A stretch of DNA of 64,000 nucleotides from an uncultured Planctomycetia bacterium (GTDB lineage: Bacteria; Omnitrophota; Gorgyraeia; 2-02-FULL-51-18), in assembly GCA_964431835.1 (NCBI GenBank), contig CAYSKO010000001.1:42131-106130 (forward strand). The letters run 5' to 3'. This document shows positions 1 to 9,249 of this stretch, in pieces. The notes beneath the pieces are model-generated. The model was not told where the DNA came from. It ran no database searches and saw only the letters and a list, made by a program, of their open reading frames with translations. How positions within the stretch are numbered: the stretch's first letter is position 1; each line of letters opens with the position of its first letter. The translations under genes and the position numbers were made by a program.

Positions 1-1
1 C

Positions 2-3000
2 TTGCGCCGTTTCTTGGCGAGCGTCGCCGGCGAGGGAACGCGGCGCGTGTCTCCCGAGACGATTCAGGAAGCGGCGAAGCGTGCCCCTAATTTCAACGCC
101 TTCGTGACCGGCCTCCTCAGGGACTACGTGATGCGCCCGCTGTTCGACGACACCCTCGCGCGTACCTGGGGGGACAACGTACCCCAGGGAGCCGCCGCCC
201 GCATCGAGGAAGCGGTATTCTCGGACGTTTATTCGGCCATCCAGCACGATCCGTCCCTGCTCGACCAGTACGTCGCCACCGGCGATATCAAATTCAATCC
301 CGATCCGCTGATTCGCACGAACGAACCGCTCACGGCGCGTGAAAGCGTCGTCAGCAACGTGCTGCTCCTGCCGCTTTCGCAGACGGGCAAGCATTCGCTC
401 GGCATGTTCGGCGCGCAGTGGCCGCTCAACCTCTACGTGACGCGCGAAGTGCTCCAGGGCGTCGCCGACGGCAAAACGCCCGCGCAAATCCTGGCCCGGG
501 TGGATCTTCTCTTCAATCTTTTCACGCCGGTCCTCCTGCGCGAGCTTAAAAAACACAAATTGATCACCGATCCGCCGGACGGAACGCCGCGAAGCGACAA
601 GACGCTGAGCGACGTATACGTCGACACCGACATGTACGATCACCTCGAGATGGCGTTCCGCGATCCGACGATGACGATCGAGCGCGCGCTCGATCTGACG
701 ACCGCCGAGCTCGAGCAAAAGGCGGCGCTGGCCGCCTCCGGAAACGAAGCTGTTCTCGACGAGCTCGCCAAGCTCTATAAGGACAAGAAACGCCTTCTGC
801 TCAAGGCGAACTATCCGCGCGCGTCCGCGGCCTCCGAGAAAAAACGCGGCGTCATCAATTTCTACCTCTTTAAAGTGATCGCCCCCAAATTTGATCTGAA
901 AGGCTACTGGTCGATGAGCCCAGCCCGGCGAACCGTTTTTTACGTCAGCGCCCTTGTCCTCCTGGTGTGCGGCATTTTTCTCGTGCCGGTTTCGCTCGCG
1001 GGCGGTCTCATGCTGATCGCCGCGATTCCTTACGTGCTTCCGCCGCTCCTCATGGGGAACTCCAAGCTTTCCGACCGGATCGCCATGGTGTCGGTCGGCC
1101 TCCTGACCGACTTCTACGTGTTCGGCGTCCTCGTGAACCAGCTTTTCTGGAAATGGGAACTCGTGCAGGAGAACTGGGCGACCCTCGGTTTCTGGGTGAC
1201 CTCCTTCCTCATCGCGCTCATGATGATCCCCACGAAGGCTTCCGTGACGTACCTCGTTCGCGGAGTCCGTGCCTTCTTGATCAACAACGAGACGGCCTGG
1301 TCCGAAACGGCACGGTCGCTCACGGGTTGGCGGTCGGTCTTCAGGCTCCGGGGCCATTGGCCGCAGACGTTCGCCGACTGGTACGCCGAATTCCGCACGG
1401 CGGAAGACGAGACGGGGCCGCTCGTGTCGAATGGGGAAATGATCGGGGAATACCTGACATCGGTGGTCAACGGCCTCTACAACGACAACCGGCTGAGCGC
1501 GGCTGAGCGGGATTCCTGGCTCGCCGGCATCGAAGGGCGGCAGCCGGCCACGGGCGTCGCATTCATGCGCCCGCAGTCCGAAGAAACGTTCGCACTTCTC
1601 CACCGCCAATTCCTGGCGATCAGCCGCAAGAAACCGCGGGCCGACCGTTTCGAAAGCATGCAGGCGAGCTCCTCGCACGTCATGAACGCGGGCGAGCTCG
1701 TGACGCACACCGCGGAGTCCGCGGGATTCCTCGGTACGTTCCATTCGGACCCCGACGACTTCGGCCGCATGAGTTCGTTCGTCGGCTACTGTGCGCGCAC
1801 CCACCCGGCGGAATGGGGGAACGCTCTCGACAAAGTCGCCGCTTGGGCGCCCGCGCCGTACGTACAGGCGCTGCGCCGGCTCGACGAATGGACGGATCCC
1901 GTCGCGGTCGTGTTCGAAGGCCGTGCGCCGGACGGCACGACGCTCCCCGAGATTACGCAGGAAGAACGCCGCCGGATCATGCGCGCCATTCTTGATTTCA
2001 TGGACGTCATTCGCCCGAATGACCGCAAGGGCATCCGGACGTTCGCGAAGGAATTCATCCAGTTCCACCTGAAGGCCGCCGCCGACTCCGGGGACATGGA
2101 ATATCACGGCGCCGTGCGACGGATCGCGCAGACAACCGAATCGCTGCCGGAAGCCCATCGCCGCTTGTCCGCGGCCTCTCTTGAAAGCCTGAGCTCCGAA
2201 GAGCGCGCCTTCGTCGAGCGCTTCCCCGCGTATCAGGCGGCCGTGGCCGTCAAACTCCGCGAGATCTTCCTCAACGTCATGATGGCCGTCCACTTCAACG
2301 CCGATTACGGCGGGGTGAACATCCGTGCAACTCCGGTCGCGGGTCTCTTGGGCGGTCTCGCGGGCCTGGATCTCGCAGGTAGGCCGGATCTCGTCGCGCG
2401 GCGGGACGCGCTCGTCGCCGGTCTACGCGAGTTCGATCCGGCGCAAGCGGCGGATTCCACGAAATTCGCCAGCATGGACACGTTCTCACAAGCGTTCGTG
2501 GTGTGGTACGAGCAAAATCAGGGAGAGTGGCTGACTTTCATCGGTGCGGTTCTCCGCGAGGAGAACGCGATCGACCGTATCGCGGCTACGCTCACGAACG
2601 CCGCCGATCCGGCCGCGATGAGAGCCGCCCTGAACGCCCTGCCGTTCGGCGCCATGCCGGATTTCGGGTGGAAGCGCGAGGATCTCCTCGCGGAGCTCAC
2701 GGACATGGAGCCCGGCAATCTCGCGGCCTGGAAGGCAAAACATGCGGAAGATTTCAAGAAGCTCGCCCGGGGCGCGCAGGTGGGCCGGGTGAAAGGTATA
2801 ATCGGCGGTTTCGAAAACGTCCTTCAGAACGCCACCATCGTGGTGGAATGCGCGAACGTCGGCGCGATCTACGCGTTCCATAACCGCGCCGACACAAATT
2901 TGCCCGGCAACGGCACGAAGAACGGTGCTATCTCCGGCAACCTGCACCTTTATTACTCCCGCTCTTCCAATCTCGACGCGCACGTGCACTCTCTTCAACC

Positions 3001-5539
3001 CGTATTCCGATTCGAATCCATGGCGCTGCAGAGCCGCGTGCGCAATCCGCAGAACCTCGTCGTGAACCCCTCGATGCGCATCTGGGCGTCCGGCGACGCG
3101 TTTCCGGCGACCCGCGATTACGCGGTCGGTCAACACAACTGGACGCAGATCGTTCAGATGGCGGAGAGCGGCCGGCTGACTTTCTACGGCAAGGGTCACA
3201 TCGTGAAGTACATGGTCACCTTCGTCACGCCGCCCGGCGAGGATTCGAGCGATTACCTTGCCCGCCAGCGCACGCAGCCCATCGTCCGGAGCGTTCATGT
3301 TGATTACGACGACGACCTGTGGGGCCGCCCGATGCAGAATCCTCCGCTGAAGGGAACCGAAAAACGTTATTCCTCGAACGTCAGCGCATTCAAGGACGAC
3401 CCGGGCCAGTTCGCCGTCTTCGAGGTGGCAGAACTGGAGCCGGCGACGAAGGACACGCACGACAACTTGTGGTCACTCTATTTTTACGCGGTTTTCGCGA
3501 TTGCGCTCCTGATTATCGTCCCTACGCTACTGCCTTTCTCGGCATTCGCTTCGTTACGGCCGTTCCTGTTCTACGTCACCGCAAGCTTCGTCCTCATGTT
3601 CGCTATCACAAAGAGCAACATTCTCTACAATTGGCGCCTGGAAGGGAGCCTGTGGGTCGGCCTGTGGCGCTGGTTGGCGGATACTTTCCGCGCTACGCCG
3701 TTCTACGCGAGTTTCCAGCCGTTCTACCTGCAGGGCGTGTACGAGACCTCGAACCAGACGTTCGGCTTCGTGCGAACCGTCAAGGAAGCGCTTTTCACTG
3801 GTTATAGTGACCGCACGCGTTTCGATAAGCTCATGGTCTACCACGGGGTTCCCCTGAACTCGACGCTGGGCTTTCTCGGTGTTCTGGCGTTCATGGTTTC
3901 GATGCTCATGATGACGGCGTTTGGTCTGATTCTGTTCCCGTACCTCAACATGGCCATCGGTATCACGAGCGGCGATTACACGCACGGTGTGTTTAAGGAC
4001 CGGCAGGGGAACTTGAAAGGATTTAGCTTCACCCGCCAGTACAAAATGTTCTTCGTCGTCATGGCTTGGACCGCAGGCGTTTACGCCCGGCTTTTCGTCG
4101 AAGGCGCCCGCCGGTTGTTCGGCCGCAGGCCCGGCGCTCCGGGAGCGCCCGCTGCTCCGCCCGCCGCACCGCGTCCCGTTCCGCCCGCGCCTTCCGCCCC
4201 GACCCGCTCCTCCGGCGCCCGCTTGGCGGGGGAGAAGCCCGCAGAATCCCCGTATCTGCTTCCCGTAACGGTGGGTGTGGTGGCCTCGACCGACGCCGAA
4301 TTCCAGGCGAGGACGGAAGCGCTGCGTACGCTGGTCGGATCCGAGCTCGAGCCCGCGTTCTCGTTCGAGCGCGTGGCGGCCGGTGAAGAAGTGCAGTTCG
4401 GCATCGGTGAAGGAACGCCTTTCCGCGTCCTCGTGGATTCCGGCGCTTTCGAAGACTCCGGCGCGGTGTCGGCCCGCGAAACCCTTTTCGGCAATCTGGA
4501 AACCGTCGCCCGGCAGCGCCAGGACCGCATGGAAGCGGAGCTGGCCCGCCAGGAGGTCTTCATGGAGTTCCTTGCGCGTGTGGCGCCGGACGGCTTCTCG
4601 TTGGGCGAAGAAGGAGCCATTGAACGGGCTCTCGACAGGCTCGACGCCGCCGCCCTCGGCGCCGCGCTCCGCTCGATCGCGCTCCCGGATCCGGCCCGTA
4701 TCCGGACGATGGGGACGTCGGCTGGCTTCACGCTCGTGTCCGACGGCCGTTTCCTGCCGCCCGCGCGGCTCGACGAAAACCTTTTGACGCAGCTTTTGGA
4801 GCGCGCCGCCGCTTCCCCCGCCGACACGGACAAGGTCGACGCTCTTCGCGGCGCCCTCTCGCTCGCCATCGGTACGTTGGGTGAGTCGGGCGAGGGTGCT
4901 TTCGCGAGGAACGCCGCCGATGCGATGCGCGTCGTTCTGACCGCGTACGCGAAGATCGTGTCGCAGCAGGGCACGATCCAGCCAACCGACAATTTCGAAG
5001 GCGAAAAGACGATCGCCGTCACGGAAGACATGTTCCGCGCGAACGCGGCGGATTACGTACGCGACGCCCAATACCTGATTTCCAAGAACGACCAGGTGCG
5101 CCTGGCGCTCGTCATTCCGGTCACGCCCGCTTTGCGTAGCCTTTCGAAAGAGGAGCGGGAACGCGCGTACCGGCTCGAAAACCCGGATGCGGGGCTCTTC
5201 CGTCTTGTCTTCGTGGAAGGCCAGCCCGGCTTGGAAAATGTCCGCGCCGCCATCGAAGGACCGTTCATCCTCGCGGGACGCGAGGGAACTCCGGCCAGCG
5301 GCATCGAACGCCGGGACCAGGCCATGCTGATGCAAGTGGATGCACTGGCCAAGACCCACCGCACGACGCTCGTCGTGGCGGCCAAGCTCCTTTACGCCGG
5401 CAAGGACGTGTCCCTGCCCGGCCTTCGCAAGCTCGAAGACGGCGTGTTCCGCTACCTGCCTGCGGTGTCGCCGATCCAGCTCCTGCGCCTCCTGCAGGAA
5501 GCCAACGCCAGCCTCCGCTCGATCTCGTCCTCGGCCTAA
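2..5539 (+). CDS. Giant multi-pass membrane protein, 5'-partial (>1845 aa), function unknown. It has several hydrophobic helix clusters and a Pro/Ala-rich linker (GRRPGAPGAPAAPPAAPRPVPPAPSAP).
   Basis: The ORF is uninterrupted from the window edge. Codon usage matches the neighbouring genes. TM-like hydrophobic stretches are present and the low-complexity PA linker lies at about nt 4130-4215. I recognise no catalytic motif. Confidence 0.6.
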   Translation: MRRFLASVAGEGTRRVSPETIQEAAKRAPNFNAFVTGLLRDYVMRPLFDDTLARTWGDNVPQGAAARIEEAVFSDVYSAIQHDPSLLDQYVATGDIKFNPDPLIRTNEPLTARESVVSNVLLLPLSQTGKHSLGMFGAQWPLNLYVTREVLQGVADGKTPAQILARVDLLFNLFTPVLLRELKKHKLITDPPDGTPRSDKTLSDVYVDTDMYDHLEMAFRDPTMTIERALDLTTAELEQKAALAASGNEAVLDELAKLYKDKKRLLLKANYPRASAASEKKRGVINFYLFKVIAPKFDLKGYWSMSPARRTVFYVSALVLLVCGIFLVPVSLAGGLMLIAAIPYVLPPLLMGNSKLSDRIAMVSVGLLTDFYVFGVLVNQLFWKWELVQENWATLGFWVTSFLIALMMIPTKASVTYLVRGVRAFLINNETAWSETARSLTGWRSVFRLRGHWPQTFADWYAEFRTAEDETGPLVSNGEMIGEYLTSVVNGLYNDNRLSAAERDSWLAGIEGRQPATGVAFMRPQSEETFALLHRQFLAISRKKPRADRFESMQASSSHVMNAGELVTHTAESAGFLGTFHSDPDDFGRMSSFVGYCARTHPAEWGNALDKVAAWAPAPYVQALRRLDEWTDPVAVVFEGRAPDGTTLPEITQEERRRIMRAILDFMDVIRPNDRKGIRTFAKEFIQFHLKAAADSGDMEYHGAVRRIAQTTESLPEAHRRLSAASLESLSSEERAFVERFPAYQAAVAVKLREIFLNVMMAVHFNADYGGVNIRATPVAGLLGGLAGLDLAGRPDLVARRDALVAGLREFDPAQAADSTKFASMDTFSQAFVVWYEQNQGEWLTFIGAVLREENAIDRIAATLTNAADPAAMRAALNALPFGAMPDFGWKREDLLAELTDMEPGNLAAWKAKHAEDFKKLARGAQVGRVKGIIGGFENVLQNATIVVECANVGAIYAFHNRADTNLPGNGTKNGAISGNLHLYYSRSSNLDAHVHSLQPVFRFESMALQSRVRNPQNLVVNPSMRIWASGDAFPATRDYAVGQHNWTQIVQMAESGRLTFYGKGHIVKYMVTFVTPPGEDSSDYLARQRTQPIVRSVHVDYDDDLWGRPMQNPPLKGTEKRYSSNVSAFKDDPGQFAVFEVAELEPATKDTHDNLWSLYFYAVFAIALLIIVPTLLPFSAFASLRPFLFYVTASFVLMFAITKSNILYNWRLEGSLWVGLWRWLADTFRATPFYASFQPFYLQGVYETSNQTFGFVRTVKEALFTGYSDRTRFDKLMVYHGVPLNSTLGFLGVLAFMVSMLMMTAFGLILFPYLNMAIGITSGDYTHGVFKDRQGNLKGFSFTRQYKMFFVVMAWTAGVYARLFVEGARRLFGRRPGAPGAPAAPPAAPRPVPPAPSAPTRSSGARLAGEKPAESPYLLPVTVGVVASTDAEFQARTEALRTLVGSELEPAFSFERVAAGEEVQFGIGEGTPFRVLVDSGAFEDSGAVSARETLFGNLETVARQRQDRMEAELARQEVFMEFLARVAPDGFSLGEEGAIERALDRLDAAALGAALRSIALPDPARIRTMGTSAGFTLVSDGRFLPPARLDENLLTQLLERAAASPADTDKVDALRGALSLAIGTLGESGEGAFARNAADAMRVVLTAYAKIVSQQGTIQPTDNFEGEKTIAVTEDMFRANAADYVRDAQYLISKNDQVRLALVIPVTPALRSLSKEERERAYRLENPDAGLFRLVFVEGQPGLENVRAAIEGPFILAGREGTPASGIERRDQAMLMQVDALAKTHRTTLVVAAKLLYAGKDVSLPGLRKLEDGVFRYLPAVSPIQLLRLLQEANASLRSISSSA

Positions 5540-5651
5540 TACAGGCAAGAGTGACCCTGACCGTTTGACTTCGGTCATGTGTTGCGCTATAGTACTTCCT
5601 CCAACCGGCAGTCCCGAATTTTTCCGGTTCGACCAAGCTCAGAAAAGATAT

Positions 5652-5728
<77 letters not shown>

Positions 5729-5739
5729 ATGTAACGCAA

Positions 5740-5779
5740 GAAACCGCAGTGGTTAACGTCACTGCGGTTTCTTCTTTAG
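5740..5779 (+). terminator. Rho-independent terminator-like hairpin after the tRNA
   Basis: The stem is aaccgcagtg / cactgcggtt around the loop gttaacgt. It is followed by the T-rich run tcttcttt. Confidence 0.55.
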
Positions 5780-5940
5780 GTGTATGAAAATCGGTTCTGT
5801 CTAACAGCTGTCTAACAACTCAGAATTTGCTATACTCCTATTAGGGTATGGAAGCGAGTTTGATTCGGCCCGCCTCCACCATATTGAAAGTAAACCAGGG
5901 GATTGCATAGAAGAATGTTATTTGTACAGGGATTGCGAAC

Positions 5941-7992
5941 TTGTCCCCGCGTAATTCCTGCCTTCCGAAAGACGAGGACGAAGTGAAGATTTCTGTCGAA
6001 GTAAAACCTGATTTCCTCCAACGCTTGATTGGCGTCAAAAATCCTGTAATCAATCTTTCCGAGCTCATCTGGAACGGCTTCGACGCAGATGCGTCTGAGG
6101 TCAAGGCTTCCCTCGACCTGAGCGAGCTTGGTGCGATTGATGAGATCCGCGTGTCTGACAACGGTCACGGAATGCCGCATGCGGAGGCGCTGATCGCATT
6201 CAAGGATCTTGGCGGATCCTTAAAGCAGTCCAAAATCAAATCGTCCAGCGGTCGCATGCTACATGGTAAAGCCGGAAAGGGGCGCTTTCGTGCCCTGGGC
6301 CTCGGGCAAAAGGTCGAGTGGATCACGCACTACAAGAAGGACGGTGATGTCTACGAATATCGGATCATCGGGACCGCAGCAGATCCCGGCACATTTGAGA
6401 TCGAAGACGAGAAACCTTCAACGCGCAGATCGACGGGCACGGAAGTGCGGATCACCGGCGTGCGGGATTTCCGAAAACTAACGCTCGAGGGCGGCGGCTT
6501 GTACGAGATCGCCACAAACTTCGCTCTTTATCTCCGCCAATATCCGAAAGTCTCTCTCTACTATGAGGGGCAAAAGGTTAACCCTTCTAATGTGCAGGAA
6601 CACGAGGAAGACTACCAGATCACTGGCGTCCAACTTCCCGGCGGCCGTCAAGTAAATGCAACATTGACTGTCATTGAGTGGACGCCTGCGGTTGAGCGTG
6701 CTCTTTACCTCTGCGATCAGAGCGGCTTCTCGCTCGAAAAAACTGCGCTGGGCATCCACGCTTCGGGTTTCAACTATACCGGCTATCTCAAGTCTGACCT
6801 GATCCGCGAGCTGGACAACGATGGCACATTGCAGCTTGATGAACTGAATGATAAGCTCGTGCCACTTTTAGACGCAACGAAGACGAAACTGAAGGAACAC
6901 TTCCGAAAGCGCTCGGCTTTGAAGGCCTCCGATGTTGTCAATACATGGAAGAACAAAAATATCTATCCGTTCAAAGACGCGCCGCAGAACCAGGTCGAGG
7001 TCGTCGAACGGCAGGTCTTTGACGTGGTCGCGATTAACCTGCACCACTACCTTCCTGATTTTGACAAGTCGAGTGATAAGAACAAACGCATCCAGCTGGA
7101 GCTCCTCCGGCAGACGCTGGAGACCAGTCCCGAGATCGTACAGAAGATCATGCGTGATGTGCTCGAGCTGCCGAAGGAGAAACAGCAGGAGTTTGCTGAG
7201 CTCCTCGAAAAGACGACACTCTCGGCTGTCATCAACGCCTCGAAGGTTGTTGCCAACCGCCTGAACTTCATCAAGGGTCTAGAGGCTGTGGTGTACGAGC
7301 ACGACATTAGCAAGAAAGTGAAGGAACGCGAGCATCTTCATCAGATCCTCACCCGGGAGACCTGGCTTTTTGGCGAAAAGTTCAATCTATCAGTGAGCGA
7401 CGGCGCGTTGACGACCGTGCTTCGCAAACACTACTTGCTGGCAGGGCGTACTACCGACGACATCGACCCAATCTACAGGGAGGACGGTACAGCCGGGCGT
7501 GTGGACCTCATGTTCTCCAAGCGGATTCCACATCATGACAACCGGCTCGAGCACCTGGTCGTGGAGCTCAAACGACCAGGAACGGTTTTGGATAGCTCGA
7601 TGGCCAATCAGATTGAGAGCTATGCGCTCAAAGTTTCCACCGACGAGAGATTTCAGAGCGTAGGCGCAAAATGGACCTTCTGGCTCATATCGAACGATAT
7701 GACTCCGGAGCTGCGGGCCAAGATTCGCCAGGCAAACCGGGAGGAAGGTATTCTGCTACAAACAGATGGTATCGTTGTTTGGGTTAAAACGTGGGCGCAG
7801 ATAATTGAGGAATGCAGCGGCAGGCTGCGCTTCTTCCAAGAAAAGCTAGAGTTCGGTGCGGATCAGAGCTCTGGGATCGAATACCTTAAGAAAATGCACG
7901 CGAAGTACCTTCCGAAAGATCTACAAAAAGAACCCCAAAGCCAGAACGGTACGGTTGTAGTTGCCAAGAGCGCCAACTTATCATCGCGGTGA
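5941..7992 (+). CDS. GHKL-family (MORC / HATPase_c_3-like) ATPase with a C-terminal putative PD-(D/E)xK nuclease-like region
   Basis: The N-terminal Bergerat-fold motifs are the N-box 'ELIWNGFDADASEV' and the G1-box 'IRVSDNGHGMP'. The C-terminal region has 'GRVDLMFSK...HLVVELKRPG', which is a D...E-x-K arrangement. The ORF opens at TTG 5941, but the start is more likely GTG 5983 because it follows a GAGGA RBS. The gene lies in an AT-richer block immediately 3' of the tRNA. Confidence 0.6.
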   Translation: MSPRNSCLPKDEDEVKISVEVKPDFLQRLIGVKNPVINLSELIWNGFDADASEVKASLDLSELGAIDEIRVSDNGHGMPHAEALIAFKDLGGSLKQSKIKSSSGRMLHGKAGKGRFRALGLGQKVEWITHYKKDGDVYEYRIIGTAADPGTFEIEDEKPSTRRSTGTEVRITGVRDFRKLTLEGGGLYEIATNFALYLRQYPKVSLYYEGQKVNPSNVQEHEEDYQITGVQLPGGRQVNATLTVIEWTPAVERALYLCDQSGFSLEKTALGIHASGFNYTGYLKSDLIRELDNDGTLQLDELNDKLVPLLDATKTKLKEHFRKRSALKASDVVNTWKNKNIYPFKDAPQNQVEVVERQVFDVVAINLHHYLPDFDKSSDKNKRIQLELLRQTLETSPEIVQKIMRDVLELPKEKQQEFAELLEKTTLSAVINASKVVANRLNFIKGLEAVVYEHDISKKVKEREHLHQILTRETWLFGEKFNLSVSDGALTTVLRKHYLLAGRTTDDIDPIYREDGTAGRVDLMFSKRIPHHDNRLEHLVVELKRPGTVLDSSMANQIESYALKVSTDERFQSVGAKWTFWLISNDMTPELRAKIRQANREEGILLQTDGIVVWVKTWAQIIEECSGRLRFFQEKLEFGADQSSGIEYLKKMHAKYLPKDLQKEPQSQNGTVVVAKSANLSSR

Positions 7993-8026
7993 TTGAACCT
8001 ACCCAAAAAACATTTAGGATTTACAG

Positions 8027-8869
8027 GTGACAACTCAGTCTAGTGGGCCTATTCAAGAAAAATTACACGACATAGCGCGTAGTATGATTGAGATACAATT
8101 CGCGGAGAACGAAAAGCGCCTTCAGCATGATATCAACGATATTAAATGTAAGTTGGCCGCGCGAGGTGTTTTGCATTCTGGTATGACCGCAAAGCTAATT
8201 CACGATCTTTGCGACAGAGAAATTGAGACTCGCGCTTTCATCGTTTGGAGGTCTTACCAGAAAGTTATTGCAGCCGGAATTGATACATTAGCAGGCTTAG
8301 CCGATGAGTTACGATCAAAGGTCAGTGGGTATGTTTCTCAGGAAGCACCCAAATTGATCCAGGAAGCTCAAAGGATAAATAAACTTATCGGAATGGGCCC
8401 AGATCAACAGGTTGAGCAAGCGAAAGATCACGCTCTGAAGAAAGTCTTTGCCGAGATCGATTTATTTGTGCACACTGTTGAAAACAGGTCCAAGGAAGCC
8501 GCCAAGACCGGCGCGTCGGGCAGTGTCATTCAACAGATTATAAATTCAACTATTGGGGCGAATCAGGTCGGCGCGAACTCTATCGCAAGCGTGAATATGA
8601 CCATAGGCTCTCAAACTCGCACGGACATTCTTGAAGCGCTAAAATCGGTCAAGGCCGCGGCAGATTCAGTTGAATCGTTACCGGGTTGTCAAAAAGAGGA
8701 GTTTGCTGAGCTGGTTATTGAAGCTGAAACCGAGGTTAAAAAAGAGTCTCCTAATCGCCTCAAACTCGGCAGTGCTCTTACTGCGATCGCGACTACCATA
8801 CAGACTGTGGGAAGTATGAGAGCCGCATATGAAGTGCTGAAGCGCGCTCTTATGTTTTTTACGGCATAA
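8027..8869 (+). CDS. Hypothetical alpha-helical protein, the partner gene of the GHKL ATPase
   Basis: It lies 34 nt downstream on the same strand. It has a GTG start with an AGGA RBS. It has no recognisable motifs and is predicted to be largely helical. It shares the low-GC composition of the upstream gene. Confidence 0.5.
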   Translation: MTTQSSGPIQEKLHDIARSMIEIQFAENEKRLQHDINDIKCKLAARGVLHSGMTAKLIHDLCDREIETRAFIVWRSYQKVIAAGIDTLAGLADELRSKVSGYVSQEAPKLIQEAQRINKLIGMGPDQQVEQAKDHALKKVFAEIDLFVHTVENRSKEAAKTGASGSVIQQIINSTIGANQVGANSIASVNMTIGSQTRTDILEALKSVKAAADSVESLPGCQKEEFAELVIEAETEVKKESPNRLKLGSALTAIATTIQTVGSMRAAYEVLKRALMFFTA

Positions 8870-9021
8870 GCGTACCTTAGAACCAAATAAATAAAGCTCG
8901 ACCCATCCCGACCTTGCGGCCTTAAAATTTAAGATAAGCGGCCCAACTTTAAATCGAAGCGGCTAATTATTTATAATTCAAAACTGTAGAAGTTTCCAGG
9001 CTGGAATTTTGAAAGCTTTGT

Positions 9022-9127
9022 AGTTACGGGACCAAGTCCCAAAGTACATAGTTGAACGAAATTAGCCTCCTGTGTCGTCTTATAAGATAAGGAGGCTTTC
9101 TTTATGCCCAGAAAACCACGAATCTCA
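9022..9127 (+). repeat. 106-bp direct repeat, copy 1. It is a duplicated left end of the RAYT/IS200-like element and includes the first 25 nt of the transposase ORF.
   Basis: It is identical to 11373-11478. It contains GTAG followed by the palindrome GGGACcaaGTCCC, the RBS-sequestering hairpin, and ATGCCCAGAAAACCACGAATCTCA, which here runs into a 20-codon stub. Confidence 0.85.
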
Positions 9128-9249
9128 GGCGTTTTTCGGGCCTACCCCCCGTTAGTTTCTTTTAATCCCGCTTTAATCGTTCTCTAACCCCGAATAACTT
9201 ACAATCAAGTACGTGAAGTCTGTCCACTTACAACGGCGGGGGGGGGTCC

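Noticed and set aside
2486-3460. 324-aa minus-strand ORF, plus several 100-180 aa ORFs in 960-5700
   Set aside because: Same reason as above: antisense or shadow ORFs inside the giant plus-strand gene, with no RBS or motif support.
4130-4215. GC-rich low-complexity nucleotide repeat (gcgcccgc/ccgccgc-type) considered as a possible tandem repeat or CRISPR-like element
   Set aside because: It encodes the Pro/Ala linker in frame with the surrounding gene. It has no regular spacer/repeat periodicity.
3554-5578. 674-aa ORF on the minus strand
   Set aside because: It is entirely antisense to the 1845-aa plus-strand gene. High GC suppresses stop codons on the opposite strand. The predicted protein is Arg/Ala/Gly-rich low-complexity with no motifs.
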